From contig JBFLZV010000001.1 of assembly GCA_040756035.1 (NCBI GenBank), forward strand, positions 11,892 through 75,891: a stretch of DNA of 64,000 nucleotides. The letters run 5' to 3'. Positions 38,568-47,938 of this stretch are shown here, piece after piece (the stretch's first letter is position 1; each line of letters starts with the position of its first letter). Under the pieces are notes generated by a model. That model was not told where the DNA came from. It saw only the letters and a program-made list of their open reading frames with translations, and did no database searches. Made by a program: the position numbers and the translations under genes. This stretch comes from Pseudomonadota bacterium (GTDB lineage: Bacteria; Pseudomonadota; Gammaproteobacteria; SURF-13).

Positions 38568-38873
38568 TTACGCTAATCCCAACGCGGTTTTTACACCTCT
38601 TTCAACAATCGCCAGGGAACGAGCCGAAAGCATCCCTATTCGCTGCTTTAAGAGTCCCTTATAGACGGCGGTTACCGTCTCGCACTTCACATAACTTTCT
38701 TTATCAAGAAACGATTCCGAGATGTGCGGGCGCAGCGGCGCGGCTTTTCCGGTAATAGGTACGACGATGACATCAGGGTGCAACTCATTGATGGGATTAA
38801 TGGATAAAATCACCGCGGGTCGCGGCTTCGGATACTCAGGTCGTTGCACCACCCACACTTCACCGCGCCTCAT
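38568..38873 (-). CDS. PemK/MazF-family toxin
   Basis: MRRGEVW, KPRPAVILS, VIVVPIT, VKCETV. Confidence 0.85.
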   Translation of the reverse strand: MRRGEVWVVQRPEYPKPRPAVILSINPINELHPDVIVVPITGKAAPLRPHISESFLDKESYVKCETVTAVYKGLLKQRIGMLSARSLAIVERGVKTALGLA

Positions 38874-39127
38874 GCGTCAGAGCCCGATCGAGCGTCACTA
38901 CCCAAGTCGCGCCAAAAGGCAAACTCTTGATCTTCCTGCGCCCGTTGCTTAGCGCTCAGGCTGGCGTAGTAATTAGCCAATTCTTTTCTGATTTCCCCTT
39001 CCTCTGAAATGCGTTTTAGACGGCGTAACGCCTCCTCTATCTTGGCGCTGCGGTTCTCGCCCGGCAGCGTATTCTCGGCAAAGCGCAAAAGATCTTCATC
39101 CAGGGTAAGGCTGACCTTGCTTTTCAT
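38870..39127 (-). CDS. Putative RHH antitoxin of the MazF-like toxin
   Basis: KVSLTLDEDL, NRSAKIEEAL; ATGA overlap with the toxin; GGAGG RBS. Confidence 0.78.
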   Translation of the reverse strand: MKSKVSLTLDEDLLRFAENTLPGENRSAKIEEALRRLKRISEEGEIRKELANYYASLSAKQRAQEDQEFAFWRDLGSDARSGSDA

Positions 39128-39321
39128 TATATCCTCCAATAGTAGGATATAAGGATGATAATAATCTTATAATAAGCCGTCAAGCCCTTAAAGATTACGG
39201 CCCGATACATCAAACAACGGCCAAGCTCACCCGCCCGCGCTTCCGTTGAGTGGCTTTGACCACAATTTGCACGTCACGTCCGAGGAAATTCAAATACCGA
39301 ATCAACCGTTCCAACGTCTAA

Positions 39322-40420
39322 TAAAGGCGTCTGCCTGCGTAAAGGCGTCTAAAGGCGTCAAGTCTGTTTCTTAAAGGCGTAAAGGCGTCAAGTCTGTTTA
39401 TTAATTATTTTAATTGCCTGCGCTACTTTCCGGCTAAGCTCCGCATTACCGTTCATGCTATTTGCGAAACGACTGATTGCGCCCGATACGCTTCCATAGT
39501 GGTGCATGCCAAATTCAGCCGCAATTTCGTTGAGGGACTTGCCGGCCATCCTGCGGGCGACATAAAGAGCCGCGGCGCGCGCCACATTTTGCCGCCCTCT
39601 GCCGCGCAGAGTTGTTAATATCAAGGCTTCATCGGCTTCAAATACTTGAGCGGTTGCTCGTAAAATATCTTTCGTAGTGATGTCCTGTAGACAGGCTCGG
39701 CTATCCGGTTGTTCCGAGTGTGGTTTGATACCTTCGCGTACGCGACGGACAAATAATTCATGGCCAAAAATCGGCGCTAGTTTCTTTTTATGGTAGAACT
39801 CGGCCGTTTCTGAGTCGATATCCGCTTCAACAAATATTTGATAACGCTTTTCCCGGTTACGCTGCCCGATCATGTTTAAAGTGTTAGTCCGAGTTAACCA
39901 TTGAGGGGAAATATCCTGACCAATGAAGGCCCTATAGCTCGACCAAGCATAGTGTTCGGCTTTTTTGACCAAGCCCGCCTCAACTGGATTGCAATGGATA
40001 TAGCGGCTTATATTAAGCAGGTAAGCATCAGCGTCAATGAGTATCGCCTTGTAACGACCTCGAAACAGCGGGCCGTCCGTACCGATACTCCGGTTGTGGC
40101 GTTGCGTGTAGACGCCGTTGAGATGACGCATGGCCCGGCCCAGATTGCCATTCGGGGTTTTTACCAGAAGATGATAGTGATTACCCATGAGACAGTAGGC
40201 ATGAATTTCTACCTTGAACATCTCGACGATGTCGCGCAGCAATTCCAGGAACAAAAAACGATGAGCGTCCTGATAAAATATCATCTTGTGCCCGGCCCCG
40301 CGATTCATGACATGGTACCAAGCTCCGGGATATTCGATGCGTAATGGTCGTGACATGGTGCAACAGTATCACGAAAAACAATTAATGCATAGACTTGACC
40401 CTTCTCTGCACTTCTCTGCA
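39322..40420 (-). mobile_element. RAYT-like Y1 transposase locus with inverted terminal repeats
   Basis: Left AAAGGCGTCAAGTCTG (39351, 39381) and right AGACTTGACCCTT (40391) are inverted relatives that bracket the transposase. Confidence 0.65.
39388..40356 (-). CDS. REP-associated tyrosine (HUH/Y1) transposase with C-terminal HTH
   Basis: RPLRIEYPGAWYHVMNRG, YCLMGNHYHLL (HUH), LFRGRYKA, YIHCNP, WSSY; DnaA-C-like HTH tail. Confidence 0.9.
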   Translation of the reverse strand: MSRPLRIEYPGAWYHVMNRGAGHKMIFYQDAHRFLFLELLRDIVEMFKVEIHAYCLMGNHYHLLVKTPNGNLGRAMRHLNGVYTQRHNRSIGTDGPLFRGRYKAILIDADAYLLNISRYIHCNPVEAGLVKKAEHYAWSSYRAFIGQDISPQWLTRTNTLNMIGQRNREKRYQIFVEADIDSETAEFYHKKKLAPIFGHELFVRRVREGIKPHSEQPDSRACLQDITTKDILRATAQVFEADEALILTTLRGRGRQNVARAAALYVARRMAGKSLNEIAAEFGMHHYGSVSGAISRFANSMNGNAELSRKVAQAIKIINKQT

Positions 40421-40431
40421 ACGCTCTACGG

Positions 40432-42693
40432 CTAATACAACTCGCGGGTATAAATGAATTCCTTTTCGCGAGAGAAGTTGGGGGTCAGGGACTCGCCGAC
40501 GGCGAAGTCGCCGAAGCCGGTATTGCCTTTGGCTTGGGTGGACAAGGGTAGAGCGGAGACGATGGAGGTGTCGATCCAGGTCGGCGAGGGTGTCGTTACG
40601 TATCGTTGCATAATGAATTCACCCGGATCAACAGGGGGGTTATCTGTATCGATATCGCTGTTCACGAAAGTTAAAGTAATATCGTAGTCTCCGGTGAAAA
40701 CGACGCTGTTATTGGTCAAGGTCCAAAAGCGGTTTACGCTTCTGAGGGCGTTAATATTTGTGGATGGTATGGGAGTAGTAACCGCCGAGTGATCGCCTAT
40801 AGTGGTAGCAGCAGTCAAATTGCCTGCTGTGCCCACTGAATCGAAGACTAATGCTACCGGCGTGTATGTAGTGCTGTCATCACCTATATCGAAAGTGCAG
40901 GCGATGGTGGTGCCTGCCGGGATATAGCGCCGTAGGTTTCCTGCTACATGGCCGCTAGTACGCACGGCGCTGACGTTGCACGCGGCCGTGGAGGTAAGTA
41001 TCAGTGTATTCGCGCCGGTTACGATATTGCCTTGGGTCAAGGTGAGGACGCCGGCCACGGTAGTATCGCCGGCTAATGTAAGGTTACCGCCGGCTTTGGT
41101 AACGGTTAGGTTGTGGTAAGCCAGCCCCTTCGCGGTTTGGTTCGCGGTGCCGTTGTAATTGACCGTATTGGGGTTGGCGGTGGCATTCAAAGTGCCCGTG
41201 TCCAGCAGCGCCCTGCCGATATTCAAGGTGGAATTAACGGCATTCAGCCAAGTCGAATTACCGGCGGAACCCAGCAAATCCCTCACGACCGTTACGGTGG
41301 TATTGTTGGTAAGTGTTATTCCGTTAATGCCACCGGCGTCGAGAGCAATTTGTATATCCCTGCTAAAGGTAACGGGGTTTGTACCGTTGATAGCCTGATT
41401 ATTGGTGTTGAAAGTATACGTGCCGGTTCCCGACGTGAAGCTGCCGTTGTTGGTGAGCCCGCCTTGGAATGTTATATCGTCATTGGAGGAGTTAGTCCAC
41501 GCTCCGCCCGGATTAATGGTAACAAGACCTTTGTATGTTTTAACTCCCGTATTCGACCCGTGCTTAAGCATGCCGGTGACAGAGCCAGAGCCGTTTACAG
41601 TGAAAGTATCACGCGCATCCAATGTGCCGGAGGTAACGGTGAGGTTACCGTTAACAGTGGTGAGATTTCGTACCGTGGCAATAGTACCTGCGGGTTTGGT
41701 AATAACAAGATGATGGTACGTGGTAGCCTTTACGGTTTGATTCGCACTGCCGTTATAATTCACCGTGTTAGGGCTGGCGGTTGCGGTGAATGTGCCCACG
41801 GATAGATTGCCCGCGACATTCAAGATGGAATTGGCATTGTTTTGCCAGACGCCGCCCCCGATGATGCCATTAGCCGATGCAGAAGTCAGCGTGCCATTGT
41901 TGGTCACCTGGCCCGTGACATTAATTTGCCCTGCAATCGTTAAATTAGCAGCGGCAAGAACGGTTTTTGGACCGGCGACGTTAAAGCGAGCCGTATTTGT
42001 AACAGAACCCGTGCCGTCAATATTAGCCGCCGTTGGGCCTAATAATGTAATGGCTCTCGTGCCGCTTAGTGTGCCATTTATCACAAAATTGCCAGACACA
42101 TCGAGCGTACGGGCGGCGGTGTTAAGCGTGGCGGCTGGCGCAACAGTGAGGCTGCCGTTCACCGTAGTATTCGCGTCAAGCGTGGTTGTTCCGCCATTGA
42201 TAAATAAATTATTAAAAGTAGTGAATGACGCAGGGATTGTATTCGTGGCGGTAAACTGAACGGTGCCTGTACCGGGCGTCCATGCGCCTAGCTTATCTAC
42301 TGTAAAGCTGGCCAGTATGAGTGTGCCACCGCTGGTCATGGTAATACTTCCCCGCCGGTTGCCATTGCCCAAGGTAACTGTACCTGCTACAGTGACTTGA
42401 GAGTTACTGTTGAATAATAGTGTCCCATTCCCAGAGTTTTTGGTAGTACCGCCAAGTTGGATAGCTCCAACAGTCGCATTACTGGTGCTTGCGACGTTAA
42501 CCGTTAAGGTTGCCCCATTATTGACGGTGATAGTATCGTTATTATTAGGTTGGCCTCCGGTACCAGATCCAGTGGTGATGGCGCTCCATAACGTATCTGA
42601 ACTTATAGTGATAAGCACAGCTCTAGCATCCGGCGTATAAGTGAAAACCCCTAGTAATGCCACAACGAATATTGATTTAATAAGCTTTTGCAT
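40432..42693 (-). CDS. Large secreted T/G/N-rich beta-solenoid adhesin in the mshQ position
   Basis: Signal peptide, repeated TATAxPNTVNYNGxANQT-YHxL units, C-terminal EFIYTRELY; last gene of the msh operon. Confidence 0.8.
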   Translation of the reverse strand: MQKLIKSIFVVALLGVFTYTPDARAVLITISSDTLWSAITTGSGTGGQPNNNDTITVNNGATLTVNVASTSNATVGAIQLGGTTKNSGNGTLLFNSNSQVTVAGTVTLGNGNRRGSITMTSGGTLILASFTVDKLGAWTPGTGTVQFTATNTIPASFTTFNNLFINGGTTTLDANTTVNGSLTVAPAATLNTAARTLDVSGNFVINGTLSGTRAITLLGPTAANIDGTGSVTNTARFNVAGPKTVLAAANLTIAGQINVTGQVTNNGTLTSASANGIIGGGVWQNNANSILNVAGNLSVGTFTATASPNTVNYNGSANQTVKATTYHHLVITKPAGTIATVRNLTTVNGNLTVTSGTLDARDTFTVNGSGSVTGMLKHGSNTGVKTYKGLVTINPGGAWTNSSNDDITFQGGLTNNGSFTSGTGTYTFNTNNQAINGTNPVTFSRDIQIALDAGGINGITLTNNTTVTVVRDLLGSAGNSTWLNAVNSTLNIGRALLDTGTLNATANPNTVNYNGTANQTAKGLAYHNLTVTKAGGNLTLAGDTTVAGVLTLTQGNIVTGANTLILTSTAACNVSAVRTSGHVAGNLRRYIPAGTTIACTFDIGDDSTTYTPVALVFDSVGTAGNLTAATTIGDHSAVTTPIPSTNINALRSVNRFWTLTNNSVVFTGDYDITLTFVNSDIDTDNPPVDPGEFIMQRYVTTPSPTWIDTSIVSALPLSTQAKGNTGFGDFAVGESLTPNFSREKEFIYTRELY

Positions 42694-42743
42694 GATTAAT
42701 CCGTATACTCGAATAAGGTCTTCACTGAGATCAAAGTTTTTAT

Positions 42744-43214
42744 TTAAATCTTAAGTCCAGCACACGACTGGGAGGGGGTACAGTTTGTTACTGTCGCCTC
42801 TAACAATCGTTGAGAGTAGTCGGGACTGCCCAAGCTGCCAAACTTGGCCAAGCTGGTAATGTAGAATACCGAATAAACTTTTCCTCTCTTAGGAGGATAG
42901 TCAATTCTCGTACATGTTACAGTAACACTAATCCCCTCCAGGCCATTGCCGGTTAAATTAAAGGAGCTTGCGGAAGAGCATAACCCGCTGGCGGTGTTAT
43001 TGTTAGTAACCTGGGGCGCTGTAGCCCGCTGGATAGCCCATTCCAAGCCGCTCTTGGCCCCATAGTACACGCGCGCGGCCATTAAGGCTTGGCTGGTAGT
43101 GGCGCGCTGCACACCGCCGATGGTAACCATGTACGCGCCTAATAGAGCTAACACCACCAGCAGAAAAATGGCGCTAACAAGAGTAAAGCCTCTTTGCTTG
43201 TTACTCCGGCTCAT
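42744..43214 (-). CDS. mshP: MSHA minor pilin MshP
   Basis: QRGFTLVSAIFLLVVLALLG (no E5), ARVYYGAKSGLEW, DYSQRLL. Confidence 0.85.
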   Translation of the reverse strand: MSRSNKQRGFTLVSAIFLLVVLALLGAYMVTIGGVQRATTSQALMAARVYYGAKSGLEWAIQRATAPQVTNNNTASGLCSSASSFNLTGNGLEGISVTVTCTRIDYPPKRGKVYSVFYITSLAKFGSLGSPDYSQRLLEATVTNCTPSQSCAGLKI

Positions 43215-44146
43215 CGGCTATTGTCCAGTTGTACTTGCTGAATCAGGCGAATCTGTTCGCCTTGATCGGAAAGTGTCAGGTCGAGCGTTGCCAGGCCACG
43301 GCTGCGAATGGTGGAAGCCAACGTGGTGATGCTGCAATTACTGACGTGATCGGTGACCAAAGCGCTGGTTACTCCGGGCAGTGCATTCAGCGTCGCGGCC
43401 GAGACGGGCTGATTAGTCTGTATGTCGTAATTGGCATAGCGTGTCAGTGTGCCAGATGTTTCATTGCACAAATAACTTACCGGTGTTTGAACCACATAAA
43501 TCCTTGTGTCCGGGCTGCTGGATTTGAATTTGTGGGAATTGCTAAATGCAATATGCTGATTAATACCATTTATTGAAAGAGTGATTGTTATTCCCTTGGG
43601 GGTAATAACACCAATACTTGGGTTCCCAGCCCCTATGCTCGCATCGGCATAAACGTCATTGCCCGTCGTGCCACGGTTATTTACCACCAAGCGGCGTGGA
43701 CTGAAAGTGCCCAAGGAAAAGGCCGGATTGTGAAAGCTCGGCCAAATGTCAAAGTTATCATCGCCGCCCCCGCCAAAACCAAGATCCCGATTACCTCCAT
43801 TACCACCCGTAGTATATTTCCCGGCATCCAACGTAGGGATCATCTCCAGGGCAAAACCCGGAATTCCACTAGGATTATTCGTTACGCGCACACTGTTGGG
43901 CAATGCGATGCGGATGTCGCGCGCCATGCGGCGTAGCGCGCTTTCCGCGGCGTCCACCAGCGCTGCGCGACGCCCCAAATCAACATAGCCTTGCATGGGG
44001 CGCACAATGAACACCGCTATAATGCCCGCCAATATGCCGGTGATGACGATGGTAATAATCATTTCTATCAGCGTAAATCCGGCAATGCCGTTGCAGTTTG
44101 CGCAAGGCGATGATGGCCGATAAGTGCGGGTGTGGTGCATCATCAT
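43211..44146 (-). CDS. mshO: MSHA minor pilin MshO
   Basis: GFTLIEMI, ALRRMARDIRIALPNSVR, GEQIRLIQQVQLDN; ATGA overlap with mshD. Confidence 0.87.
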   Translation of the reverse strand: MMMHHTRTYRPSSPCANCNGIAGFTLIEMIITIVITGILAGIIAVFIVRPMQGYVDLGRRAALVDAAESALRRMARDIRIALPNSVRVTNNPSGIPGFALEMIPTLDAGKYTTGGNGGNRDLGFGGGGDDNFDIWPSFHNPAFSLGTFSPRRLVVNNRGTTGNDVYADASIGAGNPSIGVITPKGITITLSINGINQHIAFSNSHKFKSSSPDTRIYVVQTPVSYLCNETSGTLTRYANYDIQTNQPVSAATLNALPGVTSALVTDHVSNCSITTLASTIRSRGLATLDLTLSDQGEQIRLIQQVQLDNSR

Positions 44147-44748
44147 AGCGGCTTGCATCCGGTATCGGTTGCAACGTTGCAATTATAGTTAGTTCGATAC
44201 CCTGTCAGTGGAATACTGAGTTCGGGGAATTGGCTATTGGTTACCGTAACGTCCACCTGCAGCACGCGAATCTCGGTAGGAAAACTATTAGTAAGCGTGC
44301 TTATGCTTGCTGTGAAAGTGGGGGCGTTCACCGGGTTAGGCCTTACCGTAACGCTGACATTGTAATTTTCCAGCCCGGCAATGACGCTGCCGAATTGATC
44401 GCGGGCGCCGCTATTATTAAGATTGTAGTAATCGCATACGTTGTCATATTGGGCGCGCGAAGCTTCCGGCGTTGGGCAAACATTGCTTGTTCCGCTACTG
44501 GGATCGAGAAATTTCTTGAGCAGAATCTCCTCCATATAAGATTCCGCGATAAGAATAGCCTGTTCCTGTACCATCGGATCAGCGCTGCTGCGCGTGTTGA
44601 TGGTCATGGTGTATAAGATGCCGGTGGCCGCGATGCCGAGGATGACGACGGTGACGATCAGCTCGATGAAGGTGAGGCCGCGCATCCACGCGCGATTCTT
44701 GGGCCGCGCCTCGGAGCGATGATTATATTTGCGGGAGTGATCGTTCAT
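44143..44748 (-). CDS. mshD: MSHA minor pilin MshD
   Basis: GLTFIEL, SADPM, IAESYMEEI, YDNVCDY, LTGYRTNY. Confidence 0.87.
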   Translation of the reverse strand: MNDHSRKYNHRSEARPKNRAWMRGLTFIELIVTVVILGIAATGILYTMTINTRSSADPMVQEQAILIAESYMEEILLKKFLDPSSGTSNVCPTPEASRAQYDNVCDYYNLNNSGARDQFGSVIAGLENYNVSVTVRPNPVNAPTFTASISTLTNSFPTEIRVLQVDVTVTNSQFPELSIPLTGYRTNYNCNVATDTGCKPL

Positions 44749-45254
44749 GGGGTTTTTACAAAGCCTGTGCCTCCGATCACGGTGATCGTCCGGCCGCCTA
44801 CGGTAATGGCAATCGTGGTATTAGATTGTGCGGGCACGAAGCCTTGGGCGTTGAATACGATGGTGGTAACAGGGCTCATGCCGAGTGTAACGCCGCTCGG
44901 CGCAGTACCCGTGAAGGCGGTGTGCGTGCCGGGATTATAAACAGGTCGCGTAAATGCGCCTGTTGTACAGTCGGTGAAGCGTTGGTTGAGTGTATAAGTG
45001 TTGCTGGTAATATCGAATTGCACCTCGCAGCCGCTGGAGATGGCGTATTTCTGCGCGTAGCGTACCGCGGAAAGCACTTCGTCATAGAAGCCGCGCTCAT
45101 CGAACGTCAGCTTATCGAAAAATCGCGGCCCGGCGATGGTGGCCAGCAAGCCGAGGATAATGAGGGTTACTACCAGTTCCACCGTGGTGAAACCGGCGTA
45201 CAATGTACGACCGCCTTTTGATTCAAAATACTTTTTATACATGCACGCCGCCAT
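44745..45254 (-). CDS. mshC: MSHA minor pilin MshC
   Basis: GFTTVELV, PRFF, AVRYAQKYAI, FNAQG, TGFV. Confidence 0.82.
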   Translation of the reverse strand: MAACMYKKYFESKGGRTLYAGFTTVELVVTLIILGLLATIAGPRFFDKLTFDERGFYDEVLSAVRYAQKYAISSGCEVQFDITSNTYTLNQRFTDCTTGAFTRPVYNPGTHTAFTGTAPSGVTLGMSPVTTIVFNAQGFVPAQSNTTIAITVGGRTITVIGGTGFVKTP

Positions 45255-45258
45255 GGCA

Positions 45259-47277
45259 TTATTTAACCGAAACCGCCGCTGGCGCTATGCGCGATTGATT
45301 GATGAGTTCCAGCGTTTCCTTGTCCACGCCTTGAGTCTTGGTAATGTTGTCGATCTCGCGTCTCAATTCATCGGCGCGCGCGGTATCGTTTTTGTAAAAC
45401 CGCATGTTGGCGGCGAGCACATAATACGGCAAAATTTTCGGTTGCGCGAAGTACCAGTGTTTCATGCCTTCCTCGAGCAATACCCATGCCCGGTCCATGT
45501 CGCCTTGCGCGATGAGCAGGCGCGCGTAGGCGTAGCGCGCCGCGTAAAAACGCGGGTCGATATCCAGCGCCTTTTGATACGCCGCCGCGGCGAGCCGCGC
45601 CCAATCGGCGCCGGCAAGCGCGGAATTTTCCTGATAGAGCTTGCCGCGCGTGAGTAAATTATCGGGGCGCAGCGGATTGAGCTCTTGCGCCTGATCGAGT
45701 AGCGCCAGCGCCGTGTCGTAAAGAATTTTTTTCTGCTCCGCGGTGGCGGCGCTGCTGAGTGTGAGCCCGGCAAGCAAATGACGCATGAGATCGGCGCGCG
45801 TGTTCAAAACATTATCGGCCAGCGGCGTGAGGCGCGTGGCGCGTTGCAATAAGTCGTCGGTGACCAGAAATTCGCCTTGATTGGCTTGCGCCAGGGCTTT
45901 CTGATAGTAATGATCGGCCAGGCCCTGCATGAAAAAGTAGAGCAGCAGAAAGGCAATGAGCAAGGACGACGCAGTGAAATAAAGCCGCTTGCGCAGCCAG
46001 CGCGCGGGGTCGAGGCACAGTATTGTTACCGGTAAATGCTGCACGGCCACTTGCTGAAACCGCGCCAGCGTCACGCCCGCCAGGATGAGCGTGGGCATGA
46101 TGTAAAGATTGAAATTGAAAAAACTTTGCACCGCAACGGCGAGCAGCCCGGCGCCCAGGCCGCCCAACTCGATGCGCGCGCGCGTATCAAGATTTCCCCT
46201 GCGCAGCGCTTGCAGAAACAACCACGCCGCCGCGCCCAACACCGCGAGCAACAGCAACACACCGGGCAACCCGGTTTCCACGGCGATCTGCAAATAATCG
46301 TTGTGCACGTAGTAACCGCCGCTGTTATCCTCCGGGTGGCGATACGGCGGCCAGGCGAGCCAGAAGGCGCCGAGTCCGACGCCCAGCCACGGCGCGTCTT
46401 TGTACATCTCCCACGCCTGCTGCCAAATAATGAAGCGGCTTTGGCCCGCGCTGGCCGGATTGAACAGCGTCTCCATGCGTCCCACCACGCCGCCGCTCCA
46501 CGCGACGTTGGCCAGCGCAAAGGCGCCGACGATAAGTGCGAATAAAATACTCAAATCCTTTTTTGCCACGCGCCCCCATACGACTGCGAGCAAAAGCGCC
46601 ATGCCGAGCGCAAAACTCAGCGCCGCCGCGCGGCCTTGGGTGAGGGCGATGGCGAAGATAAGCGCGAATAAGATCGCGGCCAATGCGATCTTTTTTGCGC
46701 GCCATTTCGACTCGTGCAATAGAAAATAGCCCGCGGCGGGCAATGCTATCAAATTTAAAAACGACGCATGGGAATTGATGTCGAGAAACACCGAGCGCGG
46801 CCGCTGGTGTTGCACAAAAAATTGGTAAAAGCCCCACAGCGCCAGCGCCACGCCGATGAGCAAAACCAGATTAAAAACGGACGCCCACAGCCGCTCTTGG
46901 TCGACGGACAACAGGTAAATCCAGAAGGCCAGCGGCAGACACCCCACCAGCCAGAAATAATTGATGCCCACTTGCGGCGCCGGATTCCACAGCAGACTCA
47001 GCGCCAGCCACGTCCAGAACAGCGTTACGCACAGCGTGAGCGCGGTATGCGGAACGTGAAAGCCGAGGCGATAACCCTGCCACGCGGAGACGAGCAGCCA
47101 CAGGCCGAGCAGAAACAGGGCGAGGTCGTAACTTTGAACGTGGAGGCCGTTGAAAAACAGCGCGGCGACGAGCGCCCCGCCGACCAACAGCGCGCGAACC
47201 CAGATCATCATGGTGCTCCGGGACTCCGCGCCGAGCAGCATTGCAGAACTGCCTTGAAGGGATGCAACCCTTGACAT
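45259..47277 (-). CDS. O-antigen ligase (Wzy_C) family protein with C-terminal TPR; candidate pilin O-oligosaccharyltransferase
   Basis: Many TM helices, RFIIW, PWLGVGLG.F, HNDYLQIAVETG; TPR tail; start uncertain. Confidence 0.82.
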   Translation of the reverse strand: MSRVASLQGSSAMLLGAESRSTMMIWVRALLVGGALVAALFFNGLHVQSYDLALFLLGLWLLVSAWQGYRLGFHVPHTALTLCVTLFWTWLALSLLWNPAPQVGINYFWLVGCLPLAFWIYLLSVDQERLWASVFNLVLLIGVALALWGFYQFFVQHQRPRSVFLDINSHASFLNLIALPAAGYFLLHESKWRAKKIALAAILFALIFAIALTQGRAAALSFALGMALLLAVVWGRVAKKDLSILFALIVGAFALANVAWSGGVVGRMETLFNPASAGQSRFIIWQQAWEMYKDAPWLGVGLGAFWLAWPPYRHPEDNSGGYYVHNDYLQIAVETGLPGVLLLLAVLGAAAWLFLQALRRGNLDTRARIELGGLGAGLLAVAVQSFFNFNLYIMPTLILAGVTLARFQQVAVQHLPVTILCLDPARWLRKRLYFTASSLLIAFLLLYFFMQGLADHYYQKALAQANQGEFLVTDDLLQRATRLTPLADNVLNTRADLMRHLLAGLTLSSAATAEQKKILYDTALALLDQAQELNPLRPDNLLTRGKLYQENSALAGADWARLAAAAYQKALDIDPRFYAARYAYARLLIAQGDMDRAWVLLEEGMKHWYFAQPKILPYYVLAANMRFYKNDTARADELRREIDNITKTQGVDKETLELINQSRIAPAAVSVK

Positions 47278-47290
47278 ACGCAGCAGAAGA

Positions 47291-47325
47291 AAGGCGGCGC
47301 CGGGGGTTTAGGCCAACGCCGCCTT
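47291..47325 (-). terminator. Terminator/hairpin after the second pilin
   Basis: AAGGCGGCG...CGCCGCCTT inverted repeat followed by TCTT on the minus strand. Confidence 0.6.
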
Positions 47326-47346
47326 GTGTCTTAAGAAAAATTACTT

Positions 47347-47799
47347 TTAACTACAGTCCGTAACGTTAACGGTAATCGAAGGTGCTGCATTACTCGACGC
47401 CGGCTCCTGATACGTTACAGCGCAATTAGCGGCCGTTGCCACATTGTCTTTTGAATAGGTAATAGAGTTGGCGGTACTGGTAGAGACTGAAAAACCGCTC
47501 AAGTCGCCGATCGCATTTCCTATGCCGCCCTGCGTAGCGGTTGGATAGAAGTTTTTCATCGTTACGGTTTGTCCCTCAACGGAAATAGACGTGTTGTGGG
47601 CGCCGTTCCGAGCCAGCACCGCTCCTTTGGCCATTGCTGCAGCGCTTTTCATGCTGCCTTGCAATGCCTTAACCGTGGCCGCACGGGCATCCTTGGCCGT
47701 ATCCGCAAACCGCGGCACGGCAAACGACGCCAATATCCCCAAAATAACGATAACGATAACAAGTTCAATCAGGGTAAAACCCATTTGTTGCTTTTTCAT
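47347..47799 (-). CDS. mshA: MshA-like type IV pilin (copy 2)
   Basis: [29 protein letters not shown]-terminal Cys pair, ends in Ser. Confidence 0.85.
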   Translation of the reverse strand: MKKQQMGFTLIELVIVIVILGILASFAVPRFADTAKDARAATVKALQGSMKSAAAMAKGAVLARNGAHNTSISVEGQTVTMKNFYPTATQGGIGNAIGDLSGFSVSTSTANSITYSKDNVATAANCAVTYQEPASSNAAPSITVNVTDCS

Positions 47800-47938
47800 A
47801 ATGTGCTCCTAAGGGCCGCAGCCCGTTTGATTGCCCCGTCTGCCGGATGCGCGCCGCAGCGTGCGCCGGGATCATTCCCTGTAAGCAAACGGAGAGTAAC
47901 CGGCCCGTCCCTGTCAGCCGGTTGCAAATTTACCTGGA

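Noticed and set aside
39210-39260. attC-like left half (CAACGGCCAAGCTCACCCGCC) upstream of the MazF-like TA pair
   Set aside because: No complementary right arm ending in GTTRRRY and no integron integrase in the window.
47870-47935. Possible c-di-GMP riboswitch between the pilin genes
   Set aside because: A hairpin is present (ACCGGC...GCCGGT) but the GEMM consensus elements are not; more likely a terminator or processing stem.
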